Shown here: positions 20,144-31,208 of the stretch, in pieces
Position numbering within the stretch: position 1 is the stretch's first letter
Layout: the number at the start of each line of letters is the position of its first letter
Assembly (NCBI GenBank): GCA_963793305.1
Contig: CAWBZV010000005.1
Location: 1,440,001-1,504,000 of the forward strand
Source of the DNA: an uncultured Gemmatimonadales bacterium
GTDB lineage: Bacteria; Gemmatimonadota; Gemmatimonadetes; Gemmatimonadales; Gemmatimonadaceae
Direction: 5' to 3'
Length of the DNA: 64,000 bases
Notes under the pieces: generated by a model
Told to the model about the DNA's origin: nothing
What the model saw: the letters and a program-made list of their open reading frames with translations, nothing else
The model's database searches: none
Translations under genes and position numbers: made by a program

Positions 20144-21723
20144 CCAGCCGCCTCCGTCAGCTCAGCGACGAGATCCGATCGCTCGACGCGCGCATTGAAT
20201 CCGGCGGTGGCCCGGACAAGATCGAGCGCCAGCATGCGCAGGGGAAGATGACGGCGCGCGAACGCGTGGCCGGTCTCACCGACCCCGGCGCGCGCTTCGT
20301 CGAGATCGGACTGCTGGTCGCGTACGACCAGTACGAGGGCCAGGCCCCGGCGGCTGGCGTCGTCACCGGCATCGGGGTCGTGCACGGCCGCGAAGTCGTC
20401 ATCGTCGCCAACGACGCGACGGTGAAAGCGGGTTCGTGGTGGCCCGAGACGATCAAAAAGATTCTTCGCGCGCAAGAGATCGCCATGCGCTGCCGCGTCC
20501 CGATCGTCTACTTGGTCGACTCCGCGGGCGTGAACCTCCCCTATCAAGGCGGAGTCTTCCCGGGTCAATACGGCGCGGCGCGGATTTTCTACTACAACTC
20601 GATCATGCGGCACTATCTCCGCGTGCCGCAGTTCGCCGCGGTGATGGGACCCTGCATTGCTGGCGGCGCCTATCTGCCGGCGTTGTCCGACGTGATCATC
20701 ATGGTGAAGGGCACATCCTTCATGGGACTCGGCGGGCCGAACCTCGTCGAGGGCGCAACCGGGCAGTTGGTCGACTCCGAGAGCCTCGGCGGCGCGACGA
20801 TGCACACGTCAGTCAGCGGCGTTGCCCATTACATAGCGGATAACGACGCGGCGTGCCTCACGCACTTGCGTGCGCTGATCGACCGTCTCCCGCCGTCTGT
20901 TGTGTCAGCCGGCGGTGCGGTGCAGCCGCGCGACGCCAAGATCCTCTACGAGCTGCTCCCAGCCGATCACCGCATGTCGTACGACATGATCCCGGTCCTC
21001 AAGGCGATCGTCGACGATGGCCAGCTGGATGAGTTCCAAGCCGATCTCGCGCGCGAGCTGATTTGCGCTGACGCCCGCCTCGGCGGGATGCCGATCGGCG
21101 TCATCGCCAATAGACGGGGTCTGATCAAGGGCCGCGAAGGCGAGAAGCCGCGGTTTGGGGGCATTATCTACGCCGAGAGCGCCGAGAAGGCGGCGTACTA
21201 TATCGACCGCTGCGACCGCGAGGGGATGCCCCTCCTGTTCGTGCAGGACGTCTCCGGCTTCATGGTCGGCCAGGAAGCCGAGGAAGAGGGAATCATTCGC
21301 GCGGGCGCCCGCTTCGTCGAAGCGATGGCCACCGCGCGCGTCCCGAAGCTCGTTCTCACCGTCAACCACGCCTCCGGCGCTGGCTACTACGCGATGGCGG
21401 GGCAGGGCTTCGACCCGGATTTCATCTTCTCCTGGCCCACGGGTCGGATGGGAGTCATGGAGGGCGAGTCTGCCGTTCGCGCCGTCCACGGCCCCGCGCT
21501 CGCCGCCGCGAAAGCCGCGGGCCGCGCACCCGCGCCGGCCGTCACCACGGCGATCGAGGGGATGCGCGAGGAATACGACACGCAACTCGACGCCCGCTAC
21601 GCCGCCGCGCGCGGGTTCGTCGACGCCATCGTGTTCCCCGAGGACACCCGCAACGTCCTCATCCTCGCGCTGCGCACCTCACGGCACAACCCGGGTCCGC
21701 ACCTCGGCCCCTTTCTGTTATGA
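20140..21723 (+). CDS. Acyl-CoA carboxylase carboxyltransferase subunit (MCC-beta-like)
   Basis: [44 protein letters not shown]. Confidence 0.92.
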   Translation: MTSRLRQLSDEIRSLDARIESGGGPDKIERQHAQGKMTARERVAGLTDPGARFVEIGLLVAYDQYEGQAPAAGVVTGIGVVHGREVVIVANDATVKAGSWWPETIKKILRAQEIAMRCRVPIVYLVDSAGVNLPYQGGVFPGQYGAARIFYYNSIMRHYLRVPQFAAVMGPCIAGGAYLPALSDVIIMVKGTSFMGLGGPNLVEGATGQLVDSESLGGATMHTSVSGVAHYIADNDAACLTHLRALIDRLPPSVVSAGGAVQPRDAKILYELLPADHRMSYDMIPVLKAIVDDGQLDEFQADLARELICADARLGGMPIGVIANRRGLIKGREGEKPRFGGIIYAESAEKAAYYIDRCDREGMPLLFVQDVSGFMVGQEAEEEGIIRAGARFVEAMATARVPKLVLTVNHASGAGYYAMAGQGFDPDFIFSWPTGRMGVMEGESAVRAVHGPALAAAKAAGRAPAPAVTTAIEGMREEYDTQLDARYAAARGFVDAIVFPEDTRNVLILALRTSRHNPGPHLGPFLL

Positions 21724-23054
21724 AAAAAGTCGTACGCGTAGGAGGCGGTCAGGGATTCTGGGGCGACGATCCCGACGCGCCGCGCCGCCTCGTCGAAGGC
21801 GGACCGATCGACTACCTGATGCTCGACTATCTGGCCGAAGTCACGATGTCGATTCTGCAGAAGCAGAAAGAGCGCGACCCGAAGGCCGGCTGGGCCCGCG
21901 ATTTCGTGGGCGCAGTTCAAAGCGTCCTGCCGTTTGTGGCCCGCGGTCTCAAGATCGTCGCCAATGCGGGCGGAGTGAATCCAAGAGGCTGCGCGGACGC
22001 CGTTCGCGGAGTCGCTCCGGATGTCCGCATCGGCGTCGTCACGGGCGATGACCTGCTGGGCCGCCTCGACGAATTGGTTGCCCAAGGTCACCAGCTGGCC
22101 AACATGGACACCGGTCAACCGTTGTCGACGGTCCGCGACCGGGTGCTCTCGGCGAATGCGTACATCGGGTCGGCGCCGATCGTCGAAGCGCTGCACAAGG
22201 GCGCCCAGATAGTCGTCACTGGCCGCTCGACCGACACCGCATTGACCATGGCGCCCCTCCGCCACGAATTCGGTTGGACCGCAACCGACTATGACAAGCT
22301 GGCCGCGGGAATTGTCGCGGGCCACATCATCGAGTGCGGCGCCCAGTGCTCTGGCGGCAATTGCCTCTATGAGTGGCGCGAGATCCCGGATCTCGCCAAC
22401 GTCGGCTACCCGGTCATTGAAGGCTCGCCCGATGGCTCATTCGTTGTCACCAAGCATCCGGGCACGGGCGGGCGCGTGTCGGTCCACACGGTCACCGAGC
22501 AGTTGGTCTACGAGATGGGCGACCCGCACTCATATATCACCCCTGACGTCGTCGCGGATTTCACGACGATCCGACTCGCCCAAGATGGCGAGAATCGCGT
22601 TCGCGTGTCCGGCATTCACGGCGCTCAGGCGACCGACAAGTTGAAAGTCTCGATAGCCTATCGCGCGGGATACAAAGCCGTGGGCACGTTGGTGTATGTG
22701 TGGCCCGATGCACTCGAGAAAGCCCGCGTCGCGGATCGCGTGCTGCGCGAGCGGTTGGATCGCCTCGGCCTCAAATTCGACAAGATCCTGACGGAGTTCG
22801 TCGGCGTCTCGGCCGCGCATGGCCCCCTGACGCCGTCGACGGATGCACCCGAAGTGCAGATGCGCGTCGGAGTACGAGCCGAAAACAAGGCGGCCGTCGA
22901 GGGATTTAGCCGACAGATCGCGCCACTGGTTCTGAACGGCCCTCCGAGCGTGACGGGCTTCGCGGGGGGTCGCCCGAAGGTCGAAGAAATCGTCGCCTAC
23001 TGGCCAGCGCTGATCGACAAGCGCGTCGTCCAAACCACGGTGACGATCGTCTGA
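21720..23054 (+). CDS. Acyclic terpene utilization AtuA family (DUF1446)
   Basis: [44 protein letters not shown]. Confidence 0.9.
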   Translation: MKKVVRVGGGQGFWGDDPDAPRRLVEGGPIDYLMLDYLAEVTMSILQKQKERDPKAGWARDFVGAVQSVLPFVARGLKIVANAGGVNPRGCADAVRGVAPDVRIGVVTGDDLLGRLDELVAQGHQLANMDTGQPLSTVRDRVLSANAYIGSAPIVEALHKGAQIVVTGRSTDTALTMAPLRHEFGWTATDYDKLAAGIVAGHIIECGAQCSGGNCLYEWREIPDLANVGYPVIEGSPDGSFVVTKHPGTGGRVSVHTVTEQLVYEMGDPHSYITPDVVADFTTIRLAQDGENRVRVSGIHGAQATDKLKVSIAYRAGYKAVGTLVYVWPDALEKARVADRVLRERLDRLGLKFDKILTEFVGVSAAHGPLTPSTDAPEVQMRVGVRAENKAAVEGFSRQIAPLVLNGPPSVTGFAGGRPKVEEIVAYWPALIDKRVVQTTVTIV

Positions 23055-23383
23055 TGCGCATTCCTCTCATCGATATTGCGCACGCCCGATCGGGCGACAA
23101 GGGCGACACCGCCAACGTCGGCGTGATCGCCCTCGATCCAAAGTGGTACCCGGTGCTGGCGAAGTACCTGACGCGCGATCGCGTCGCCCAGCATTTCGCG
23201 GGGGTGATCACCGGCGGCGTCGATCGTTACGAATTGCCGAACCTCGGCGCGCTTAATTTCTTGTTGCACGGCGCACTCGACGGTGGCGGCACTTTGTCGC
23301 TCAAGACCGACGCGCAGGGTAAAGTCTTCTCGACAGCGTTGCTCCGCCTCGTCCTCGATATCCCGGATGCGGAGGTCCCATGA
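23054..23383 (+). CDS. AtuA C-terminal-like small protein
   Basis: AHARSGDKGD.ANVG, LDGGG..SLKTDAQGK. Confidence 0.88.
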   Translation: MRIPLIDIAHARSGDKGDTANVGVIALDPKWYPVLAKYLTRDRVAQHFAGVITGGVDRYELPNLGALNFLLHGALDGGGTLSLKTDAQGKVFSTALLRLVLDIPDAEVP

Positions 23384-24147
23384 TACATGTCCGTGTAGAG
23401 CGACGGAATGACGGGACGATCGGCGTACTGACGCTGGCCCGTCCGGAAAAGAAAAACGCGCTCGACCGCGCGATGGCCGATGCACTCGTCGCGGGCCTGG
23501 CGGAGTTCAAGTCGGACCAGACCGTCCGCGTCGTCCTCCTCGCGGCCGACGGCGCCGACTTCTGCGCCGGCGCCGACCTGGCCGCGCTCGGCGCCATGAT
23601 CGATCTGGGCCCGGAGGCGCACGTCGCCGACGCCGAGTCGCTGGTGCGGGTGTTCATTGCGCTGCGCGACTTGCCCCAGCCCGTGATTGCGGCCGTACAA
23701 GGACACGCGCTCGCGGCTGGCGCGGGTCTCGCGACCGCGGCCGACATCATCCTCGCTCGCGAGGACGCGCGTTTTGGGTATCCGGAGGTCCGCATCGGAT
23801 TCGTCCCGGCTATGACGCTCCCAATGCTGCGCCTCGCCGTCGGCGAAAAGATCGCGGCCGAGCTGGTGCTCACCGGTCGCACGCTGATGCCGGCCGAGGC
23901 GCTGGCGTTGGGTCTCGTGAGCCGCGTCATTCCGAGCGCCTCGTGGGAGGAAGGGATTCGCACGACGCTCGACCGCATCGCGTCGTCGCCCACCGGGCCG
24001 GTGCGCATCACGAAGCATCTGCTCTACGCGCTCGACGATCTCACGTTCGACGACGGCTTGCAGCTGGGTGTGCAAGCCAACGCCGCGGCGCGATCGACCG
24101 AGGAGTTCAGGGCTGGCATTCGCGCGTTTATGACACGACGGCCGTGA
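23380..24147 (+). CDS. Enoyl-CoA hydratase/isomerase family
   Basis: RPEKKNAL, FCAGADL, FGYPEVRIGFVPA. Confidence 0.9.
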   Translation: MIHVRVERRNDGTIGVLTLARPEKKNALDRAMADALVAGLAEFKSDQTVRVVLLAADGADFCAGADLAALGAMIDLGPEAHVADAESLVRVFIALRDLPQPVIAAVQGHALAAGAGLATAADIILAREDARFGYPEVRIGFVPAMTLPMLRLAVGEKIAAELVLTGRTLMPAEALALGLVSRVIPSASWEEGIRTTLDRIASSPTGPVRITKHLLYALDDLTFDDGLQLGVQANAAARSTEEFRAGIRAFMTRRP

Positions 24148-24305
24148 CGCCACTCGCGACCTGGCGGGTCACGATCGCGATCGCCGGGATCGTTGTATTC
24201 ATGTGGGGCGCCAAAACCCAGAATGAAGCCGCGCGGTGGGTCGGCATTGCCTGCCTCGTCCTGGCCTTGGCCCTTCGATTCCTCGGATCCAGACGGCCGC
24301 GTTAG
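24144..24305 (+). CDS. Small two-TM hypothetical protein (53 aa)
   Basis: GTGA overlap with the upstream gene; two hydrophobic segments. Confidence 0.6.
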   Translation: MTPLATWRVTIAIAGIVVFMWGAKTQNEAARWVGIACLVLALALRFLGSRRPR

Positions 24306-24331
24306 CACGGCGGCGTTAGCTTTCGGTCGTC

Positions 24332-26838
24332 ATGAAGGTGCCTGAACTCCTCGCCCCGGCGGGGTCACTGGACGCGGTGCGAGCCGCGGTTGCCAACGGT
24401 GCCAACGCCGTCTATCTCGGCGCGGAACGCTTCAACGCCCGCGACGAGGGCGCGCAGCTCACGCTCGACGAGCTTGCCGATGCGTGCCGCCTGGCCCATG
24501 CGCGCAATGCTCGCATCTATCTGACACTCAACGTGCTGGTCAAGCCGGCCGAGCTCGCCGATGCGCTCGACTTGCTCGGCGCCGCCATCGATGCAGGGAT
24601 CGATGCGGTGATCGTCCAAGAACGTCGGCCTGATCCGCCTGATCAGTGCAGTCTATCCGTCATTGGAGATCCATGGCTCCACGCAGATGACGGTGCATGA
24701 CCCGGCCGGTGCATTGGTTCTGCGCGACCTGGGCGTTGATCGGGTGGTGCTGGCGCGCGAGAACACGCTGGCCGATGTGCAGGCGATCCATTGCGCGGTC
24801 CCTGAGCTCGGCCTCGAGACGTTCATCCACGGCGCGTTGTGCATCTCATACTCGGGCCAGTGCTTCATGTCCGGCATGATCTCCGAGCGGAGCGCCAACC
24901 GTGGCTCCTGCGCCCAGTCATGTCGCAAGGACTATGTCCTCAACGATGCCCTGACCGGCGCTACACTGGACACTGGCTACCTGATCTCGGCCCGCGATCT
25001 CGCCGCGCCCGAGTCGTTAGCCGATGTCGCTCGCTCGGGGATCGTCTGCCTCAAGGTCGAGGGCCGCAAGAAACGCCCCGAGTACGTCGCCGCGGTGACG
25101 TCGGCCTATCGCACATTCCTCGACCGCGTAGCGCGCGGCGAGACGGCCCCGGTGCACGCGGGCGACACACAGCCGCTGGTCCAGATCTTCAGCCGCGGAT
25201 TCACCCCGGGCATGCTCGGCGAGGGCGACCGTGCGGGCCGCGACTACGTGACCCGCACGCACCCTGATCATCGCGGTGTCGTCCTCGGCACAGTCGTCTC
25301 CGCGAGCGCGACTGAGCTCGTGATCGCGCTCGCCGCCGCCGTCGGCCCGATCGCGCCGGGCGATGGCCTCGCATTCGAGCCCCCAGCGGGCGCACCCGGC
25401 CAATCACTGGGTTTCGCGGTCGACAGCGTCCGCACGATCGGCTCCGGCCGTGTCGGCATCGCCACCCGCAAGCATGTCCCTGTCGGCTGGATCGCCTATC
25501 GCACCGCGCAAGCGTCACTGTTGGAGCGCGGCCGCCAAAGCGTCGCGCGCACGGCCATCCCCGCGGCGCCCAAAGTCCGACTCGAACGTCCGGCTCTTCG
25601 GCCAAGCAGGCACGCCGCTCAAGGCGATCTTCACGGCGGCCTCCGGTGCCGTCACAGGCGCTATCACAGGCGCCGTTACCGAAGCCGTCACCGTGCGCAC
25701 TGACGCTACGCTTCGCCCTGCCGAGCGGCGCGTGCTCGACGAAACGCAGCTCCGCGCACAACTCGGCCGGCTCGGCGAAACGCTCTTTGTGCTCGGCGCT
25801 CTCGACCTCGCTGGCCTTTCCGCCGGCCTGTTCCTGCCGGTCAGCGAGCTGAATCACCTGCGGCAGCAAGCGACGGAGCAACTCACGTCGATCCGCGACT
25901 GGTCGCTCGAAGCCACCCGCGCGGAACGCACCGCCGTCATATCTGCCGCCGTAGCCACTGTTCAGGCGCAGGCGCCGCAGGCGCCGCAGGCGCCGAGCGC
26001 CCACGTCCTCTCGGCCACGGTCTATCGCGTCGAAGACGCCCGCGCCGCCGCGGCCGCGGGAGCAACCGAGATCGTGTTTGACCCGTTCCTCCGCAACCCA
26101 CCGCCGCCGGCCGCGCGAATCCGCGCACTCGCCGAGGAGCTGGGCGTCCCGTTCGCGATTCGCACGCCGACGATCATTCGCCCGCCCGAACGCAAGACAC
26201 TCGACAAGTGGCTAGCCCTCGGCTTCCCGATGGTGACGGGCCACCTCGGCCTGGCCCGCGAGCTCGGCGACCGCGCGATCCTGGACTACGCCACAAATTG
26301 CTTCAACCAACACACGGCCGCCGAGTACTTCGGGTACGCCCCGAAGCGGATCGTGCTCTCGATCGAGCTGACAACCGACGAGATGGCCGCCGTCGTCGCC
26401 CCTTGGTCCGGCGCGGGCTTCGCCGCCGTGATCTATGGCCGACCCGAAGGCATGACGATCGAGCACTGCGTGCTCTCGGCCGCATTCGACCGCGAGCCAA
26501 CGACATGCCGCGACCTGTGCGTGCAAAAGCACCCAGAGGTCTCACTGACAGACCCCACGGGCTACACGTTCGCCGTGGCGACGGACAGCGCCTGCCGCAA
26601 TCGCCTCCTGCACTCGCGCCCCATCGAGGCGTCCGAGTTCCTACCCCGTCTCTGGTCAGCCGGCATTCGCTCGTACCACGCCATATTCAACGTGCCGAAC
26701 GATCCGGTCGCCGAGCTGATCGCGGGCTACGCCAGGACGCTCTCGGCCCTCGCCGCGGGCGACGCGCCGGACACGACCGCGCCTCGCCGCGCAGTGGGTA
26801 ACTCATTCACACGCGGCCACTTCGCCCGCGCCGTCTGA
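24332..26838 (+). CDS. U32 peptidase family, long DUF3656-type (RlhA-like); two apparent frameshifts (~24621, ~25585)
   Basis: PELLAPAG, HGSTQMT, HGALCISYSGQC, NRGSCAQSCR, LKVEGR, terminal TRGHF.R. Confidence 0.85.
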
Positions 26839-26890
26839 CAATTGTCGATCCGCTCCGCCTCCGTCCGTCGCTTGGACAACAGGAGGAACA

Positions 26891-27256
26891 ATGACTTGGA
26901 CCGGACGGATACTCAGCACACTCGCGATCATGTTCATGTTGTTTGACAGCATCGGCCATCTGCTGATGCCCGCACCTGTCGCGCAAGCATTCGCGACGCT
27001 CGGCTTCCCAACCAGCACCGCGTTCGGCATCGGGCTCGTCGAGCTCGCGCTGACCGCGCTCTACGCCATCCCGCGCACCTCTATTGTTGGAGCGATCCTG
27101 CTCACCGGCTATCTCGGCGGCGCGATCGCCGCCAAGGTGCGCGTGTCGGCGGCGCCCTTCGACACCGCGTTCCCGCTGATCATCGCCACGATCATCTGGG
27201 CCGGTATCTACCTGCGCGACGCCCGCGTTCGCACGATCTGGGTCAGCCGTCCATGA
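26891..27256 (+). CDS. DoxX family membrane protein
   Basis: LYAIPRTSIVGAILLTGYLGGAIA; AGGAGG SD. Confidence 0.88.
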   Translation: MTWTGRILSTLAIMFMLFDSIGHLLMPAPVAQAFATLGFPTSTAFGIGLVELALTALYAIPRTSIVGAILLTGYLGGAIAAKVRVSAAPFDTAFPLIIATIIWAGIYLRDARVRTIWVSRP

Positions 27257-28011
27257 AGCGCTTCGTGATGATGCACAAGGCCGATGCCCAGGTCGAGGCA
27301 GGCGTCGTGCCGAGCCACGAGCTCATGGCTCGGATGGGTGACTTCGTAGGAGAGATGATGGGCGCCGGTGCGTTCCTGGCCGGCGAGGGTTTAGCGCCCA
27401 CCGCCGAGGGAGTTCGGCTCCACGTATCAAAGGGCAGGCGCACCGTGACGCGGGGCCCGTTCGTCGGCTCGAATGAGCTCGTCGCAAGTTTCGCGATGGT
27501 GCGCGTGCGATCGCTCAACGAAGCGATAGACTGGGCTGCCCGCATCGCCAAGGTCCTCGGTGACGTGGACCTGTACATCGGGCGAGTGAAAGAGCCATGG
27601 GATCTCGGTCTCGCGCCAAAGCCGAGCGGCGCACCGTTACGCTATCTCATCATTCGCAAGGCCGACGCCCAATCCGAGGCGAATGTCGCGCCGGGCCCGG
27701 ACATCCAAGTTGGCATGCGCCATCTGCTCAACGAAATGACAAAGGCGGGCGTGCTCCTCGTCGCCGAGCGCCTGCTGCCGAGCGCGGTCGCCGTGCGCCT
27801 CACGGTGTCGGCCGGTAAGCACCAGGTCATCGATGGCCCATTCGCCGAATCCAAGGAGCTGATCGCCGGCTACTGCATCGCATCAGTCGCCACGCGTGAT
27901 GACGCGGTCATCTGGGCGACGCGCTTCGCCGAGCTATTGTGCCGCTACGCTCCCGCCAACTCCGTCGAGGTAGACGTGCGCGAGTTGGCGGAAGGAACCG
28001 GCTTCGTGTGA
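27253..28011 (+). CDS. YciI family protein (tandem YCII/DGPF domains)
   Basis: GEGLAPT...GPF and DGPFAESKELIAGY. Confidence 0.88.
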   Translation: MKRFVMMHKADAQVEAGVVPSHELMARMGDFVGEMMGAGAFLAGEGLAPTAEGVRLHVSKGRRTVTRGPFVGSNELVASFAMVRVRSLNEAIDWAARIAKVLGDVDLYIGRVKEPWDLGLAPKPSGAPLRYLIIRKADAQSEANVAPGPDIQVGMRHLLNEMTKAGVLLVAERLLPSAVAVRLTVSAGKHQVIDGPFAESKELIAGYCIASVATRDDAVIWATRFAELLCRYAPANSVEVDVRELAEGTGFV

Positions 28012-28048
28012 GCAATGAGACGCGCGATGCCACGATGCTACGTCCTCG
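27991..28048 (+). repeat. Left boundary direct repeat
   Basis: GAAGGAACCGGCTTCGTGTGAGCAATGAGACGCGCGATGCCACGATGCTACGTCCTCG; 52/58 match to 44141 by hand count. Confidence 0.9.
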
Positions 28049-28091
28049 CGGACTGTGCAACTGAACCCGCGAGGGTTGATGGGAGGGAACA

Positions 28092-28487
28092 TTGGACGCG
28101 GCACGCAAGAAACAATTTCGGCAACGAATTGACGAACTCCTCGAGGAGCGGGCCGCCGAGCCTGGCTTTGATGAGCGTGCTCGGCGGCGCTGGCTTGTCG
28201 ATCATCTCGCGGACTATGTCTCCCGATGGCGTGGGTTCTCTGAGCTTCCGATGGCATCGCGAACGCCGCTGACGGACCTGCCTGGGTTTGACGTCGTATC
28301 CGCCGGCTTCGACGCGACCTCGCTAGTGTTCGAGAATCTCCGCGGACCTGATGCGTTGTCAGCGGCTTGGACCGCCATCCGCGCTGCAATGGATGAAGCG
28401 GTTGCTCATGGAGGCAAGGGTGCGACGGCGCGGTTGCATGACAGGGTGGCTGCGCTGCAAGCGCTCCTCCAGTCCGCTGAGGGCTAG
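28092..28487 (+). CDS. Hypothetical protein
   Basis: GGGAGG SD before TTG; 131-aa ORF with no recognised motif. Confidence 0.6.
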   Translation: MDAARKKQFRQRIDELLEERAAEPGFDERARRRWLVDHLADYVSRWRGFSELPMASRTPLTDLPGFDVVSAGFDATSLVFENLRGPDALSAAWTAIRAAMDEAVAHGGKGATARLHDRVAALQALLQSAEG

Positions 28488-29017
28488 ACGTGCCGGTCGC
28501 AGGATGTGAGTGGCCCGCAGGTGAGCGCGGTCGGGAAGTACCGCCTGTCACCGTCGAGGTCTGCGGGCAGGCAGCCTATGGTTGCGGTGGCGGATGGCAG
28601 CCCAGAGCCGTCGAGATCCGGCTGGATCTGATGGAACCCGAAGTCGCCGACGGGCGTATGCACCGTCTCGTGCTGCTCGGCGACGGCGACCTGGATCGCT
28701 GGCGGGATCTGAGACAGGATCCCATGCAGCTGTAGCGCCGAAAGGAACGACACGTATCCGACCGACGGCTGTCCTTCCTGCGACGGGGATCGCGCGAGCA
28801 GGAACGGCACGACGGCGTACGGCGAGAAGTCCGGGTGACGCGTATCAGCCCACAGCCCGCGCACGAGTCGCGTGACCAGCCCTTGTTCCTGGAGGCGAGC
28901 CAGACCACGAGACGCCGTATCCGATGACACGGCCGCGGCGGCCGCGGCGGTGGCGGTCGTGAAGATCGGCGCCCGCGGGGTCACGTCGCGCAAGACGATC
29001 GGGCCGACCTGGGTCAT
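28484..29017 (-). pseudogene. AbiEi-like (type IV TA antitoxin) regulator, probably C-truncated
   Basis: IFTT...LARLQEQGLVTRLVRGLW, YVSFLSALQLHGILSQIP; family likeness ends after QIQPDL (~28620). Confidence 0.7.
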
Positions 29018-29262
29018 GGGCGTGTTCCTGGCGACTCCCCCGTCGGCATGGGATTCAAAATACTGCCGAACTAGCCCAAATAGCCAATTCGACAGTGTAA
29101 TGACATACGGTCCGCTGCTGACCCACAGTCCACTTCTCCTAAACACGCCAGCGGATCCGGGCAGTATCCGTCGGGGCTTAGCGGTAGACGGTCTGTGCAT
29201 ATGGATTCGCCAGCTTCGTTTCGTCGAAATGCTGTGCAGCTCACAGTGACCCGGTGGGCGAC

Positions 29263-29800
29263 TTACCGAGCCGGGGGTGCGTGACTGAGTCGGCGAGGCG
29301 AGCGGGGCATGGCAATCGTCGCCACTCCCGTCAATCGCAGCATCTGGCGCGCGCCGGCGCGTTGCCGGCGGAGGAGGCCGCGCGCGACGAGACGATCGGC
29401 CGCGCCGTGCGCCGCGGCGTATGAGACACCCGTGCTCCGGGCCAGGTCGCGCGCGGTCAGGGGGCCGCTCAGCGCCAGCGTGATGAGATCCGATTCGAGC
29501 GACGGGCCGACGACGGCGCGCACCCGGAGCTCGGGAACGTGGCGCAGCAGCCACGCCGCCGGTCGGATCGCGGTGAGCTTCAGGGACTCGTCGTCATGCC
29601 ACAGACCCCATCGGCGATATACGGGCGCCGTGCTGGCGCGCAGGTCGGATCGTAAGGCGGGAAATCGCTCCATCACGGTGAACAGTGGCCGCGGCCGGGC
29701 GAGCGGTCGGCACGCCTCGATCGCACCGTCGAGCTTTGAGGCGCGGCCGGTCTCCAAGCCGCTGGCTCCCCGGCTGGCGAGCGTGAGCAGTGCGCCGGCG
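29263..29800 (-). pseudogene. C-terminal part of hypothetical gene X with terminal wHTH
   Basis: LTARDLARSTGVSYAAAHGAADRLVARGLL; 29515-29800 homologous to 43092-43377. Confidence 0.7.
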
Positions 29801-29914
29801 TGTGGCGAACGAACTGCTGCGAGCAGACTTGCGACGCTCGGTTAGGTCCTAACCGCCGGGCTTCGGCCATTCCGATCGCGGAAATTCACGCAATCGTCGA
29901 GCAGCTGTTTGAGA

Positions 29915-30691
29915 TCAGCGAGCGGCGCAGTACAATTGCGCCAAACGGGCCACCGCACGTGAATCGCGCAGCGCAGCTGATGTCAGGCCAGAGTAGCGCC
30001 GCAGCATGTCATGAAAAGCAGACCCACTGCAAAAGCCTAGTGTGTCAGCGATATGCTGGATGGGTTCCCCGAGCGCCGCCATCTGCGCGGCGACGAAGAG
30101 GCGACACCAACCAATTGTGGCCTCGGGTGTCGGCAGCGCGAGATTACGAAGCAGGCGATAGAGGCTGCGCTCACTCACTCGAAGGGCCGCGGCCGCCACG
30201 GAGACTGTCGGTCGCAGCTGAGCGTTCATCGTGCAGTAAGTAATGATGGGATGAGCACGCGGTGGGATCCACGGTAGGGCGTGATGGGTTGCGTCCGCGC
30301 AGACCGGCGACAGAAGGCTAGGGCCGAGCGCCTCACCAACCACCCGCTCGAGGTTGTCGACCCGATAGAGCACGACGTGATTCGCGCCGGCTTGTACAGC
30401 GCGAACGAAGAGCGGTTCGGAATCCTCGCAGTCTGTCGTGCACGCAATGATCGGTGTCGTGGGGCGGACGCGATGAGTACAGCAAATCGCCGCATCGATG
30501 GCGGGCTCCTTCGCCACCGACAGTTCGACCACGAACCCCACTACTGCCTCGTGACTCTCCAGCAGTGAGTCGAGGTCGCTCATCTCGATGAACCTGACAT
30601 CGGCGACCGGGGATGCGGCTCGAGCCACCACGTCGTGATACGTGGGGAAAATGCTGACCGCGACCAGAGGCAATGCGAGGCGTGTGATCAT
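29915..30691 (-). CDS. AraC family transcriptional regulator
   Basis: AAAALRVSERSLYRLL...IADTLGFCSGSAFHDMLRRYSGLTS dual HTH; receiver-like N-terminus. Confidence 0.82.
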   Translation of the reverse strand: MITRLALPLVAVSIFPTYHDVVARAASPVADVRFIEMSDLDSLLESHEAVVGFVVELSVAKEPAIDAAICCTHRVRPTTPIIACTTDCEDSEPLFVRAVQAGANHVVLYRVDNLERVVGEALGPSLLSPVCADATHHALPWIPPRAHPIITYCTMNAQLRPTVSVAAAALRVSERSLYRLLRNLALPTPEATIGWCRLFVAAQMAALGEPIQHIADTLGFCSGSAFHDMLRRYSGLTSAALRDSRAVARLAQLYCAAR

Positions 30692-30767
30692 GGTCTCGTG
30701 CTAATTCGCCGGGCAACAATCATAGGCGCCACGTGTCGAATGCGCCAACATCGATTCGCTACCTCCG

Positions 30768-30940
30768 GTGGCACGCTGAGGAACGGCGTGGCACGCTGAG
30801 GAATGACAACTTGTCCGCATGCGATCGTCGAATCGTACAAGTGACGTCCTGTTACACGCGCAGGCGGTGCGCTATGACCTTGGCGCGAGCGCACATGCGT
30901 GACATGGCGCGCTGAGGAACGGTGTGTGGCAGGCTGAGAG
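30768..30940 (+). promoter_or_regulatory. Two pairs of direct repeats, putative AraC sites
   Basis: GTGGCACGCTGAGGAA at 30768 and 30788; TGGCGCGCTGAGGAAC at 30905; TGGCAGGCTGAG at 30927. Confidence 0.65.
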
Positions 30941-31208
30941 ACTGTTCGATCAGCATGGTCTCGCTATGGTGTCGGTCCTTTGCAGTCAACTCGCGGTGTC
31001 TGTACTAGCAAACGCATCAGCCACCGCTGAGGGACGACCCATGGCCTCATCACTGTTCCGTCGCGCAGATCAAGGCTCCGGCACCAGCCACGGCTGGTTA
31101 CGGGTCGCGGCGTTCGCGATCGCGAACCTCGCGGATCGTGACGCTGGCAGCCGTCCGAATCGCGGTCCGACGGAGGCACACTCTCATCCTTACCACGAGA
31201 AGTGACCT

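Noticed and set aside
29800..29860. Integron attC-like site around the palindrome CGGTTAGG-T-CCTAACCG (29839-29855)
   Set aside because: No complete paired R/L boxes, no cassette array and no integrase. Noted only as a palindrome near a junction.
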